64,000 bases of DNA from Candidatus Micrarchaeota archaeon (GTDB lineage Archaea; Iainarchaeota; Iainarchaeia; Iainarchaeales; JAGVWC01), in contig JAZDJR010000018.1 in NCBI GenBank assembly GCA_043803815.1, forward strand, positions 32,001 to 96,000. Reading direction: 5' to 3'. The position numbers and the translations under genes are program-made. Each line of letters opens with the position of its first letter. Positions within the stretch are counted from its first letter, which is position 1. Positions 1 to 8,772 of this stretch are shown one piece after another. Under the pieces are notes generated by a model. The model was not told where the DNA came from. It worked only from the letters and a program-made list of their open reading frames with translations, and ran no database searches.

Positions 1-1
1 C

Positions 2-280
2 AATGTCAAAAACCCCGAAGCGGTTGCCAAGGTATTTCCGCACGGAACCGTTGAAATCAAGGCCAAAAAATTATTCGTCGCGGACGCCATGCGGCACATG
101 ATTTCGCACGAAGCCGCCGACCGGTTTCCCGGAGAAATCAAGATGGATTACGACGACAAAAAATTCGTATTAAGCATCGAAAGCTACCAGCAAAAGAAAA
201 ACGACGAAATCATACTGGAGGGAATCAAGGCGCTTCGCGAAAAAACCGACGAATTCAAAGCCGCACTCAAAGACCTTTAA
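2..280 (+). CDS. rpoD: DNA-directed RNA polymerase subunit D (Rpo3), C-terminal part, truncated by the window edge
   Basis: Open frame from base 2 ending ...KFVLSIESYQQKKNDEIILEGIKALREKTDEF, like the RpoD C-terminus; conserved position before tRNA-Leu and rpl18e. Confidence 0.8.
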   Translation, partial: NVKNPEAVAKVFPHGTVEIKAKKLFVADAMRHMISHEAADRFPGEIKMDYDDKKFVLSIESYQQKKNDEIILEGIKALREKTDEFKAALKDL

Positions 281-308
281 AGTTTAACCGCACCATAAAC
301 ATACGAAC

Positions 309-464
309 GCAGGAGTTCCGGAGCGGTCAAACGGACAGGACTTAAGCAGCTTTTTTCATCCTTTCTTCGAAAGGATAAAAAACCTGGGAAAAAATATCCT
401 TGGAAAAAAGCTGAAGAGATCCTGCGGCTTAGTGCCTTCGGCGGTTCGAATCCGCCCTCCTGCA
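309..464 (+). tRNA. tRNA-Leu(UAA) with a ~72-nt intron at 37/38 (347-418); CCA not encoded
   Basis: Acceptor stem GCAGGAG/CTCCTGC, D-loop GAGCGGTCAAA, anticodon stem CAGGA/TCCTG with CT-TAA-G, long variable arm, T-loop GGTTCGAATCC; intron ends pair (CAGCTTTTTTC/GAAAAAAGCTG) giving a relaxed bulge-helix-bulge. Confidence 0.92.
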
Positions 465-502
465 AATTTTCAGAAAAAAATGATAAAAAAGTGAAAAAAT
501 TT

Positions 503-871
503 ATGAAAAGAACCGGACCCACCAAAGAAGCCACGCGAATGCTCATCCGCCAGCTGGAAAAAGCAAGCGTCTGCCAAAAACGGGCATTGTGGAAAACCAT
601 TGCGCAGCAAATCGGAAAGCCCCGCCGCGAACGCTGCGCCATTAACGTCCAGAAACTTGAAAAATTATCCCAAAAATTCGCAAAAAAAACCATGGTTGTA
701 CCCGGAAAAGTCCTGGCCGCGGGAAACCTGACCAAGCCGATTTCGGTGGCTGCCTTGGAATACAGCGAACTGGGAAGGCAAAAAATCAAAAGCATGAAAG
801 GAAACGCATGGACCTTGGAAGAATTACTGGAATCCAAGGTAAAGCCGTCGGAAATCGTGATTGTAAAATGA
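503..871 (+). CDS. rpl18e: 50S ribosomal protein L18e (eL18)
   Basis: TGPT..., W..IA..., INV.KL, VVPGKVL.AG motifs; operon context. Confidence 0.93.
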   Translation: MKRTGPTKEATRMLIRQLEKASVCQKRALWKTIAQQIGKPRRERCAINVQKLEKLSQKFAKKTMVVPGKVLAAGNLTKPISVAALEYSELGRQKIKSMKGNAWTLEELLESKVKPSEIVIVK

Positions 872-1314
872 AAGAAATAGGCGCCCAAAAAACAGTCGAT
901 TTTTCAAACGCGATTCTAGGCCGCGCCGCATCGCGCGTCGCCAAAGCGCTCTTAAACGGCGAAAAAATCGTAATTGTAAACGCGGAAAAAGCCGTGATAC
1001 GCGGAACCAAATCCGGTGTTATGGAAAAATTCGTGCGAAGGCAAGGCTGGACCGCCAAGGGAAACACGGCCCTGCGAAGCGCCAACATGTCGCGCATGCC
1101 CGACCGCATCGTCAAATGGACCGTCAAGCACATGCTGCCCACGGAAAAATCGTCCGGCCGCACCGCGCTTGACCGATTGGAAGTTTACATGGGAATACCG
1201 AGCCGATTCGAAAAAAACATCGAAAAATGGCCGGAATTTGAAAACAAGGAAAAGAAAAACACGTGGACCCTGCGGCAAATCAGCCACGAGCTCGGATGGG
1301 ACCAAAAAGAATAA
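868..1314 (+). CDS. rpl13: 50S ribosomal protein L13 (uL13)
   Basis: ILGRAASRVAKALLNGEKIVIVNAEKAVI, PDRIVKWTVKHMLP; ATGA overlap with rpl18e. Confidence 0.93.
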   Translation: MKEIGAQKTVDFSNAILGRAASRVAKALLNGEKIVIVNAEKAVIRGTKSGVMEKFVRRQGWTAKGNTALRSANMSRMPDRIVKWTVKHMLPTEKSSGRTALDRLEVYMGIPSRFEKNIEKWPEFENKEKKNTWTLRQISHELGWDQKE

Positions 1315-1326
1315 GGAAAATCAGCT

Positions 1327-1761
1327 ATGGACGAAAAAACAATTGTCAAAAAAAAGAAAAAAGCCAAGGGAATCACGGCCAAAGCCAAGAAAAAAACAGC
1401 CGTTGCCCGCGCGGTTATCCGCCAGGGAAAAGGAGTCGTCCGCATCAACAAGCGAAACCTGCTGACTTTTCAGCCCCGCCAGATACAGGAATTTATCATG
1501 GAACCCCTTGAAATTGCGGCTGAAAAAGCCAAGGAAGTTTCCATCAGCATCAATGTCAACGGCGGCGGATTCATGACCCAGGCCGTTGCGGCCCGAAGCG
1601 CGATTGCCAAAGCGCTTGTCCTGTTTTTCAAGGATGAAAAGCTGAAAAAGAAAATGCTGGCTTATGACCGTTTATTGCTCGTTGATGACGTGCGCCGAAA
1701 AGAATCCAAAAAACAATTGGGAACCGGAGCGCGCCGCAGAAAACAAAAATCGAAAAGATAA
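1327..1761 (+). CDS. rps9: 30S ribosomal protein S9 (uS9)
   Basis: KKTAVARA, VNGGG..QA.A.R.AIAKAL, YDRLLLVDDVRRKE, C-terminal QKSKR. Confidence 0.95.
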   Translation: MDEKTIVKKKKKAKGITAKAKKKTAVARAVIRQGKGVVRINKRNLLTFQPRQIQEFIMEPLEIAAEKAKEVSISINVNGGGFMTQAVAARSAIAKALVLFFKDEKLKKKMLAYDRLLLVDDVRRKESKKQLGTGARRRKQKSKR

Positions 1762-1772
1762 GGTGATGAAAA

Positions 1773-1970
1773 ATGATGGTTCCAGTCCGGTGTTTTTCGT
1801 GCGGAAAAGTCGTGGGCGGCAAATTCGAAGAATTCAAAAAAAGGGTGGACAAAGGAGAAAAAGCGGGCAAAGTCCTCGACGAACTCGGTGTGGAACGCTA
1901 CTGCTGCCGGCGCATGCTCTTATCGCACGTGGATATCATTGACGAACTCATGAAATTCAGCGCAAAATAA
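1773..1970 (+). CDS. rpoN: RNA polymerase subunit N (Rpo10)
   Basis: PVRCFSCGK and RYCCRRM zinc motifs. Confidence 0.97.
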   Translation: MMVPVRCFSCGKVVGGKFEEFKKRVDKGEKAGKVLDELGVERYCCRRMLLSHVDIIDELMKFSAK

Positions 1971-1996
1971 AAAAAAGTCTGAAAAAGGAAAACCAA

Positions 1997-2752
1997 ATGA
2001 CGATTGAAACCAAAAACGAAGCCGGCAGATTGCTGCCGATTGAAAAATACCTGACCACGGGAAGCCATATCGGCACCGCGTTTAAGACGCACCACATGAT
2101 GCCCTACGTTTTCAAAAAACGAAAAGACGGATTGTACGTGCTGGATGTTGAAACCATCGACAAGCGACTGCAGGAAGCCGCACGGTTTTTGGGCCAATTC
2201 CAATTAAGCAAAATCGCGGTTGTTTCGCGCCGGTTATACGGGCAAACCGCGGCCAACAAATTCGCCGAAATCTTGAATGCCAAGGCATTGACCGGGCGAT
2301 TCATTCCTGGAACATTCACCAATCCCCGGCAAAAACGGTTTATGGAACCCAGCGTGGTTTTGGTGCTCGACCCGGACTCGGACAGCCAGGCGGTTTTGGA
2401 AGCAAGCTCGGCCGGAATCCCGATAGTTGCATTGGCCACCACCAACAATTCGCTCAAGCACATCGACCTTGCGATTCCGATTAACAACAAGGGCCGCAAA
2501 AGCCTGGCGTTGGTCTTATGGGTGCTGACCCGCGAACTGCTAAAGTCCAACGGCCACATCAAAAGCGACGCCGATTTTTCGACCCCTTTGGAGCGCTTTG
2601 AGCACAAGGTGCCCAACAGCCGCGATTCCGAAGGAGAGGAAGAAGCCGTCCGCGAAGCCATTATGGAAAGCCGGCGCATCCGCTCCAAAGGCAAAAAAAG
2701 AGCCGCGCCGCGCGAACACCGCGAACGGTTCAGCTCCCCTCCTTCCCGCTAA
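1997..2752 (+). CDS. rps2: 30S ribosomal protein S2 (uS2) with a charged C-terminal tail
   Basis: GSHIGT, GRFIPGTFTNP, IPINNKGRKSLAL. Confidence 0.95.
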   Translation: MTIETKNEAGRLLPIEKYLTTGSHIGTAFKTHHMMPYVFKKRKDGLYVLDVETIDKRLQEAARFLGQFQLSKIAVVSRRLYGQTAANKFAEILNAKALTGRFIPGTFTNPRQKRFMEPSVVLVLDPDSDSQAVLEASSAGIPIVALATTNNSLKHIDLAIPINNKGRKSLALVLWVLTRELLKSNGHIKSDADFSTPLERFEHKVPNSRDSEGEEEAVREAIMESRRIRSKGKKRAAPREHRERFSSPPSR

Positions 2753-2899
2753 AAACGGCTATTTCCCTCAAAAAAAGGGGTTTTTAAAAGCCAAACCAAC
2801 ACCCTAATTCCTTGTTTAACTAGAAACAGTAAATTTAAATAGGGTTTTTGGCTTAATATATTAGTTAAAAAGTGAAAATAGCTTAGCGGTGAACTGTTC

Positions 2900-3661
2900 A
2901 TGAACGAAGGAAACGCGGTCCGATTACTCATTCGATTTGGATTAACCGAATACGAAGCAAAGACTCTTTCTACATTATTCAAGCTTAATCAGGCGCAGGC
3001 CCCCGAAATCAGCCGCCTCGCCGAAGTCCCAAAAACCCGCGTTTATGACGTGCTTGAAAAACTCGTGCAAAAAAAACTCGTCATGGAAGTCAATGGCCGC
3101 CCGAAAAAATACATGGTGGTCGAACTCGACAACGCGCTTAACCAGCTGGTCGAATCCAAAAAAAACGAATTATCCGAACTTGAAAACAGCACCTTGGAGC
3201 TGAAAAACACGTTCGCGAATTCAAGCGGCACCCAAGACGAAGACACCGGAGAAAAAGTGCTTAAAGTAAAAGACAAAAACGATTTTTTAAAAATCTTGTC
3301 CCAAGAAGTCGAAAAAGCGAAAAAAGAAGTCATCGGCTTTACCAAACTCAACCATCAGCATTCCTTGTTCCGCCAAATCATCAAAAACGCGGGGGACAAA
3401 AAAATCAACGTGCGATTGCTGACGCATTCTCCCGCGAACCTTGAAAGTATTTTCAAGGACGGCGACAAAAATTACCTGCAAACCAAAACCGCCAAGCACA
3501 ACCTGACCGCGTTTGTCATCGACAACAAGCGCGTAATACTCGCGCTTTCCGATTTGGAAAAAGACAAGCCCGATTACCACTTTTCCATCTGGCCCTCTAA
3601 TCCCCACCTGGCCAACGCGTTTACCGTTTATTTCGACAAGGTCTGGAACGAAAGCAAATAA
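2900..3661 (+). CDS. TrmB-family transcriptional regulator
   Basis: FGLTEYEAK...EISRLAEVPKTRVYDVLEKL..KKLV...GRPKKY N-terminal wHTH plus PLD-like C-terminal domain. Confidence 0.9.
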   Translation: MNEGNAVRLLIRFGLTEYEAKTLSTLFKLNQAQAPEISRLAEVPKTRVYDVLEKLVQKKLVMEVNGRPKKYMVVELDNALNQLVESKKNELSELENSTLELKNTFANSSGTQDEDTGEKVLKVKDKNDFLKILSQEVEKAKKEVIGFTKLNHQHSLFRQIIKNAGDKKINVRLLTHSPANLESIFKDGDKNYLQTKTAKHNLTAFVIDNKRVILALSDLEKDKPDYHFSIWPSNPHLANAFTVYFDKVWNESK

Positions 3662-3745
3662 AACTTTTTCAAAAAAAGCCGCGAATCCGGTTTCTCTTTA
3701 AACCCAAAACAGCCGCCAAAGGCGCGAGGAAACGGACCGTTATTT
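3659..3745. repeat. Intergenic dispersed repeat family B, copy 1 (copy 2 at 14322-14410)
   Basis: Core 3691-3716 TTTCTCTTTAAACCCAAAACAGCCGC matches 14356-14381 at 23/26 nt; flanks similar (TAAA.CTTTTT..AAAAAAAG.CC upstream, ACGGAC.GTT downstream). Confidence 0.65.
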
Positions 3746-4444
3746 TTTTGTAATCAGTATTACGCGCTTTGAAAACCCGCCGCGGATTTTCAGTTTTTTC
3801 TTTCGAATCAAATCCAGCTTTTTGGATGAAATTTTCTTGAATTGTCCGATGGCGTAAACGACTTCCAAAATATCCGCCAGTTCGTCCGTTTTTTCGGATT
3901 CCAAAAACTCCGCGGTTTCTTCGCCCAGTTTTTCCTTTAATTTTTTCCAATACTCGGTTTTTGTAGCTTTTCGAAACGATTGCCCCGGATACTTGGACTG
4001 GTCGGTTTGGGGAATCCTGTCGCGCACCAGCTTTTCGGCGTTGGACGCCAACGGCTTGGAGCTTTTGGTTTTCCAGTACTCGTTCAGGTAAGAAATCTTG
4101 TTTCCTTTCATTTTGAGAATCGTGATTCCGACCATGTGGTCGCGTCTCCATTTCTTGTCATGTTCCCAGCGGTGCGTATTGTCGCACACCCATTCGGCAA
4201 AGCCGGTTTTTCCGTCTTTTGAAACATAACAATCGCCCAAGCGAAATCGGATGTTTTTGGTGTCGCGGCCAATGACCGTGTCCCAGAACTTTTTGATTTG
4301 CGAATGGCCGCGGTAAGGCTTGGCCAGCGGGCTTTCCTGATAGGCGCCGTTTTTGGTAAAGCACTCCAAAATCATTGGAGTGTCCTGTTTTTCCCACGCC
4401 TTGCCATATTTTTGCATGATTTTTTTGACTTGCGAAACGTTCAT
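3740..4444 (-). CDS. NTF2/SnoaL-like domain fused to a MazG-like (all-alpha) NTP pyrophosphohydrolase domain
   Basis: N-terminal Y..AWE..D...ILECFT..G.YQE.P...Y.G...I..FW...FAEW (SnoaL-like); C-terminal KLVRDRIP...KL.EE..EF....DELADILEV. Confidence 0.75.
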   Translation of the reverse strand: MNVSQVKKIMQKYGKAWEKQDTPMILECFTKNGAYQESPLAKPYRGHSQIKKFWDTVIGRDTKNIRFRLGDCYVSKDGKTGFAEWVCDNTHRWEHDKKWRRDHMVGITILKMKGNKISYLNEYWKTKSSKPLASNAEKLVRDRIPQTDQSKYPGQSFRKATKTEYWKKLKEKLGEETAEFLESEKTDELADILEVVYAIGQFKKISSKKLDLIRKKKLKIRGGFSKRVILITKK

Positions 4445-4524
4445 GCAAAAAAAAGGTTCCTTTTGTTTTTTTAAGCAAACCCGCCTTCAGAGGATTTATA
4501 TCCTTTTTTTAGCACAGTTTTGGC

Positions 4525-6234
4525 ATGACAACAGCCCCTGAAATCGAAGCCATGGCTTTCAAATACGCCGTTAAAAACGCGGCTTTGCACGACGGCAAGG
4601 CCGATATGGGCGCGGTAGTCGGAAAGCTCAAGGCCTTGTTTCCGGATTTGGATATCAAGGAACTCGCTGGTTTTGCCCAAAACGCGGTCAAAAAAACGAA
4701 TGCACTTTCTTTGGACCAAATCAAATCAGAGTTCGCAATATTTGAAAAAGAAGGCTACGAATTAAAGCCGCACGAAAAAGAAGCGGGATTAACCAAACTG
4801 GACTGGGCTGAAAACGGCGAACCCGTGGTCACCAGGTTTGCGCCGAACCCAAGCAGTGTCATGCATTTCGGACACTTGCGCGCGGCTATTTTGTCCGCAC
4901 AGTACGCGAAAAAATACGGGGGAAAGTTCATTTTGCGGTTTGAGGATACCGATCCCAAGACCAAGCAGCCCTTGGCGGGAGTTGAAAAACAATACGATAT
5001 TGACCTAAAGTGGCTGGGCATTCCGCAAGACGAGATTTTTTACCAGTCCGACCGGTTTGAATTGTATTATGATTTTGTGCGAAAGCTTTTGGCCATGCAA
5101 AAGGCGTATGTGTGCACTTGCGACAACGATGCGTTTAAGGAATTAAAAAAGCAAAAAAAGCCCTGCCCTTGCCGCGAATTAGAACCAAAAGAACAGCTCA
5201 ATCGCTTTGAAAAAATGCTGAATCATTCCTATAAGGAAGGACAAGCGGTTTTGCGGGTAAAAACCGACTTGAATCATCCCGACCCGAGCATCCGCGACTG
5301 GTGGGCAGCCAAAATCGTGGACAAGCCGGTCCATCCGCGAAAAAAAAACACCTGGGTCTGGCCGGCGTACAATCTCGCGTGCGCAATCGACGACCATCTA
5401 ATGGGCGTTACTTTAATCCTTCGCGGGCAGGAACATTCGCAAAACGCGACCAAGCAAAAATACCTATATGATTATTTTGGGTGGAAATATCCGCACGCGA
5501 TTCATTTCGGAAGAATGCAATTAAAGGGATTTTTGCTGAGTAAAAGCAAGATTAACGAACTCATGAAAAGCGGGGAAATAACGTCCTGGGACGACCCGCG
5601 CCTGGCAACGGTGCAGGCGTTTCGCAGAAGGGGATTTGAGAGCGCCGCTTTGACCGAACTTATGACTGAAATCGGGCCAAAGCCGCAGGACGTTCAGGTT
5701 CCGTTGCAAAAGCTTGAGGGCTGGAACCGCAAAATAATTGACCCGATTGCGCAGCGAATCGTTTTTTTGCGGGAACCGATTGAGCTTGAAGTCAAAAACG
5801 CGCCGTCGTTTACGGCCAAACTAAACCGCCATCCCGAGTTTTCGGAAAAAGGGTTTAAGGAATACTCCTTCAAAAAAGGCAACCACGAGTTTCGGATTGA
5901 AAAACAGCAGGCCGAAGAATTGAAAATAGGGGAAAGCGTGCAGTTAAAGCAGGCTTACCTGATTAAAATTCTGGAAAAAACCCGCGGAAAAATCACGGCG
6001 GAATTTGTCGGAACCGAATTCCGGCCAAAGAGCGTCATTGTCCACTGGCTGGTTCCGAACCGCACAACAAAAGTCGAAGTGACCATGTCCGACGCCAAAC
6101 AGCTGACGGGAATGGCGGAAGACGAAGTGCTGAAATACAAAGCCGGCAGCCACCTGCAGTTTGAAAAATTCGGATACGTGGTTGTTGACCAAACCGGGAA
6201 AAAAGAGGTTTTGGTGTACTTTACCCAAGCCTAA
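4525..6234 (+). CDS. gltX: Glutamyl-tRNA synthetase (archaeal type)
   Basis: VVTRFAPNPS..HFGH (HIGH), LRFEDTDP, LSKS (KMSKS), WDDPRL.T. Confidence 0.96.
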   Translation: MTTAPEIEAMAFKYAVKNAALHDGKADMGAVVGKLKALFPDLDIKELAGFAQNAVKKTNALSLDQIKSEFAIFEKEGYELKPHEKEAGLTKLDWAENGEPVVTRFAPNPSSVMHFGHLRAAILSAQYAKKYGGKFILRFEDTDPKTKQPLAGVEKQYDIDLKWLGIPQDEIFYQSDRFELYYDFVRKLLAMQKAYVCTCDNDAFKELKKQKKPCPCRELEPKEQLNRFEKMLNHSYKEGQAVLRVKTDLNHPDPSIRDWWAAKIVDKPVHPRKKNTWVWPAYNLACAIDDHLMGVTLILRGQEHSQNATKQKYLYDYFGWKYPHAIHFGRMQLKGFLLSKSKINELMKSGEITSWDDPRLATVQAFRRRGFESAALTELMTEIGPKPQDVQVPLQKLEGWNRKIIDPIAQRIVFLREPIELEVKNAPSFTAKLNRHPEFSEKGFKEYSFKKGNHEFRIEKQQAEELKIGESVQLKQAYLIKILEKTRGKITAEFVGTEFRPKSVIVHWLVPNRTTKVEVTMSDAKQLTGMAEDEVLKYKAGSHLQFEKFGYVVVDQTGKKEVLVYFTQA

Positions 6235-6402
6235 CTGCTACATAACCCGTAGTTGGGAATGACTGGTTAAATCGCAATTTAAGGGAGGTATCGGAACCGT
6301 AGGTTCTGATTTTTAAAGGTTTTGCGACGATTTTAGGTATTAGTTTTCGGTTTTTTTGGTTCAGTACCGATGACGAAAGTGAGACTTTCGAGGTAAAGCT
6401 CG

Positions 6403-6476
6403 AAAAGTTTTTCCCAGGTTTCCGATTTTGGCAAAAGCCAAAAAGGGCCCATTCGAACATAGTTCGAATCGGGTTT
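6403..6476. repeat. Two-hairpin dispersed repeat family A, copy 1 (copy 2 at 50190-50261)
   Basis: About 60/74 identity to copy 2 by manual alignment; stems TTTTGGC/GCCAAAA and ATTCGAAC/GTTCGAAT show compensatory substitutions. Confidence 0.8.
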
Positions 6477-6523
6477 TGCCGATATGCAAAAAAGCTGTTT
6501 TCGAGGTAATTGGAGGAAATAGT

Positions 6524-6880
6524 ATGGTCACGATGAAAGATTCGATTCCAAAGGAATTGCAGCAAAAAGTTTTGGAACTGATTGAAAAGTCGCGCAAAAC
6601 CGGAAAGGTCCGCGTCGGCGTAAACGAAGTTACCAAAATGATTGAGCGCAACCAGGCCAAATTTGTGGCGATTGCGCAGGATGTTACTCCCGCGGAAATC
6701 GTTTTGCATTTGCCCGCGATTTGCAAGGAAAAAAATATTCCGTTCGGCTTTGTTTCCAGCAAAAAAGAGCTGGGCGAAAAAGCGGGGTTAAAAGTAGGCA
6801 CCAGCGCTTTGGCAATAGTCGAAGAAGGCGAGCACAAAAAAGAATTCGAGGCTTTGGGGAAAAAATTCGCCGAAATGTAA
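6524..6880 (+). CDS. rpl7ae: 50S ribosomal protein L7Ae (eL8)
   Basis: GKVRVGVNEVTKMIER..AKFVAIAQDVTPAEIVLHLP.IC.EK.IPF..V.SKKELG; SD GGAGG upstream. Confidence 0.96.
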   Translation: MVTMKDSIPKELQQKVLELIEKSRKTGKVRVGVNEVTKMIERNQAKFVAIAQDVTPAEIVLHLPAICKEKNIPFGFVSSKKELGEKAGLKVGTSALAIVEEGEHKKEFEALGKKFAEM

Positions 6881-6965
6881 TGGTTCATCGTAGCGAGGAA
6901 AAACAAAAATAAAATTCAATTCGAAAAATTAGTGTTTTTTTCGGGTTAAGAATCGGTGAAAGAAT

Positions 6966-7184
6966 ATGAGCGATAAGGGAACTCCGGCAGAAGTCGTTGA
7001 AGTAATCAAAAAAACCGGCATGCACGGCGAAGTCACGCAAGTGCTGTGCAAGATTTTGCAGGGGCCCGAACAGGGACGCGTCAAGCGCCGCAACGTGAAA
7101 GGCAACTGCCGGAAAGGCGACGTTTTGATTTTGCTTTCAACCGAACGCGAAGCAAAGGAAATCAGCGGAAAGAGGGGCGGTTAA
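6966..7184 (+). CDS. rps28e: 30S ribosomal protein S28e
   Basis: PAEVVEVI..TGMHGEVTQV.C.IL.G...GRV..RNVKG..R.GDVL.L..TEREA. Confidence 0.96.
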   Translation: MSDKGTPAEVVEVIKKTGMHGEVTQVLCKILQGPEQGRVKRRNVKGNCRKGDVLILLSTEREAKEISGKRGG

Positions 7185-7409
7185 ATGGCCAAATGCAGTT
7201 TTTGCGGAACGGATATCCACCGCGGCACGGGCAAGATGTACGTCAAAAAAGACGGCGTGGTTTTTTATTTTTGCTCGCTTAAATGCGAAAAAAACCTGCT
7301 TAAGTTGGGCCGACAGCCCCAAAAGACCAAATGGACCGGCGCGTTTCATACGCAAAAGCAGTTTGTCCAAAAGACCGCTGCCAAAAAAGCCAAGAAAGAA
7401 GGAACGTGA
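7185..7409 (+). CDS. rpl24e: 50S ribosomal protein L24e
   Basis: CSFCG..I..GTGKMYVKKDG.V.YFCS.KC.KN. Confidence 0.96.
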   Translation: MAKCSFCGTDIHRGTGKMYVKKDGVVFYFCSLKCEKNLLKLGRQPQKTKWTGAFHTQKQFVQKTAAKKAKKEGT

Positions 7410-7877
7410 ATGCACGAGCGGACCTTGGTTATCATCAAGCCCGACGCGATTCAGCGCGAACTGGCCGGCGAAATCATTTCCCGCATAGAACGCAAAGGCC
7501 TCAAAATAATCGCCATGAAAATGGAACTCTTGCCCATTAAAAAAGTGCAGGACCATTACGCGCACTTGGCGGGAAAAACTTTTTTTGACGAACTGGTTTC
7601 GTATATGTCTTCCATTCCGTCCATTTTGATGATTATTGAAGGAAAGGATTCGGTTGCGGTGGTTCGGCAGATGTGCGGAGTAACCAATGCGCGCCAGGCC
7701 GGAACAGGGACGATTCGCGGGGATTTTGGCATGAGCGTCATGAGCAATCTGGTTCATGCTTCCGAAAACAGCGACGCGGTCCAAACCGAAATCAACCGGT
7801 TTTTCAAGGCCGGCGAAATCCACGATTTTGAAAAAATTTCCTTTGAAACAATTTATGCGGCCGACGAGCGCGAGTGA
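7410..7877 (+). CDS. ndk: Nucleoside diphosphate kinase
   Basis: ERTLVIIKPDA, GTIRGDF, NLVHAS catalytic His. Confidence 0.96.
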   Translation: MHERTLVIIKPDAIQRELAGEIISRIERKGLKIIAMKMELLPIKKVQDHYAHLAGKTFFDELVSYMSSIPSILMIIEGKDSVAVVRQMCGVTNARQAGTGTIRGDFGMSVMSNLVHASENSDAVQTEINRFFKAGEIHDFEKISFETIYAADERE

Positions 7878-7884
7878 GGCGTTT

Positions 7885-8313
7885 GTGACCGAAGTCCGCG
7901 TTCAAAAACTTTCGCCGGACGCGAAAATTCCCGCTTACGCCAAAATTGGCGATGCAGGGGCCGATTTATATTCTAATGAAACCGTTTCTTTTTCACCCGG
8001 AGAGCACCGCTTGGTTTCAACGAGTATTGCGATGGCGGTTCCCAAAGGCCACGTGGGATTGATTAAGGATCGAAGCAGCTTGGCCGCCAAGCACGCATTG
8101 CATTGTCTGGGCGGGGTTATTGACGAGAATTATCGCCACGAATGGAAAATAATTATGATTAATTTGGGAAAAGAAGCCGTAACGCTTTCAAAGCATGAGC
8201 GCGTGGCGCAAGTGTTGTTTGTTCCGGTTTCGGTTGGAAACTTTTCTGAAACTGCGCAACTGGACGCAACTAACCGCCCTGACGGCGGGTTTGGTTCGAG
8301 CGGAAAAAATTGA
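7885..8313 (+). CDS. dut: Trimeric dUTP diphosphatase
   Basis: AGADL, DRSSLA, GVIDENY, ERVAQ, R..GGFGSSG motifs; GTG start inferred. Confidence 0.92.
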   Translation: MTEVRVQKLSPDAKIPAYAKIGDAGADLYSNETVSFSPGEHRLVSTSIAMAVPKGHVGLIKDRSSLAAKHALHCLGGVIDENYRHEWKIIMINLGKEAVTLSKHERVAQVLFVPVSVGNFSETAQLDATNRPDGGFGSSGKN

Positions 8314-8322
8314 GGCAAAATT

Positions 8323-8772
8323 ATGTCGGATGAAAAAAGAATCGGTGTTGGCGTCGGCGTCATGATAATGAAAAACGGCAAGGTCTTGCCTGGAAAGCGC
8401 CATGTGGACCCCGCCAAGGCAACCAGTCTGCTCAAGGGAGCCGGAACTTGGACAATGCCCGGCGGAAAAATGGATTTTGGCGAATCGTTTGAAGAATGCG
8501 CAAAGCGCGAAACTCTGGAAGAAACAGGAATCAAGCTGAAATCGGTTCGGGTGCTGTGCGTTTCCAACGACCGCGTTCCCGACGCGCATTTTGTCACCAT
8601 CGGACTTTACTCCGAGGATTTTTCGGAGGAACCGCAAGTTATGGAACCCGACAAGATAACGGAGTGGCACTGGTTTGATTTGGACCATTTGCCAAGCCCG
8701 ATTTTTTTTCCGAGCCAAAACGTGCTTGAAAAATACCATGCGAAAAAATTTTATTTAGGGGAAAAAAAATGA
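8323..8772 (+). CDS. NUDIX hydrolase (MutT/NUDT15-like)
   Basis: Nudix box GGKMDFGESFEECAKRETLEETG; EPDKITEWHWF. Confidence 0.9.
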   Translation: MSDEKRIGVGVGVMIMKNGKVLPGKRHVDPAKATSLLKGAGTWTMPGGKMDFGESFEECAKRETLEETGIKLKSVRVLCVSNDRVPDAHFVTIGLYSEDFSEEPQVMEPDKITEWHWFDLDHLPSPIFFPSQNVLEKYHAKKFYLGEKK

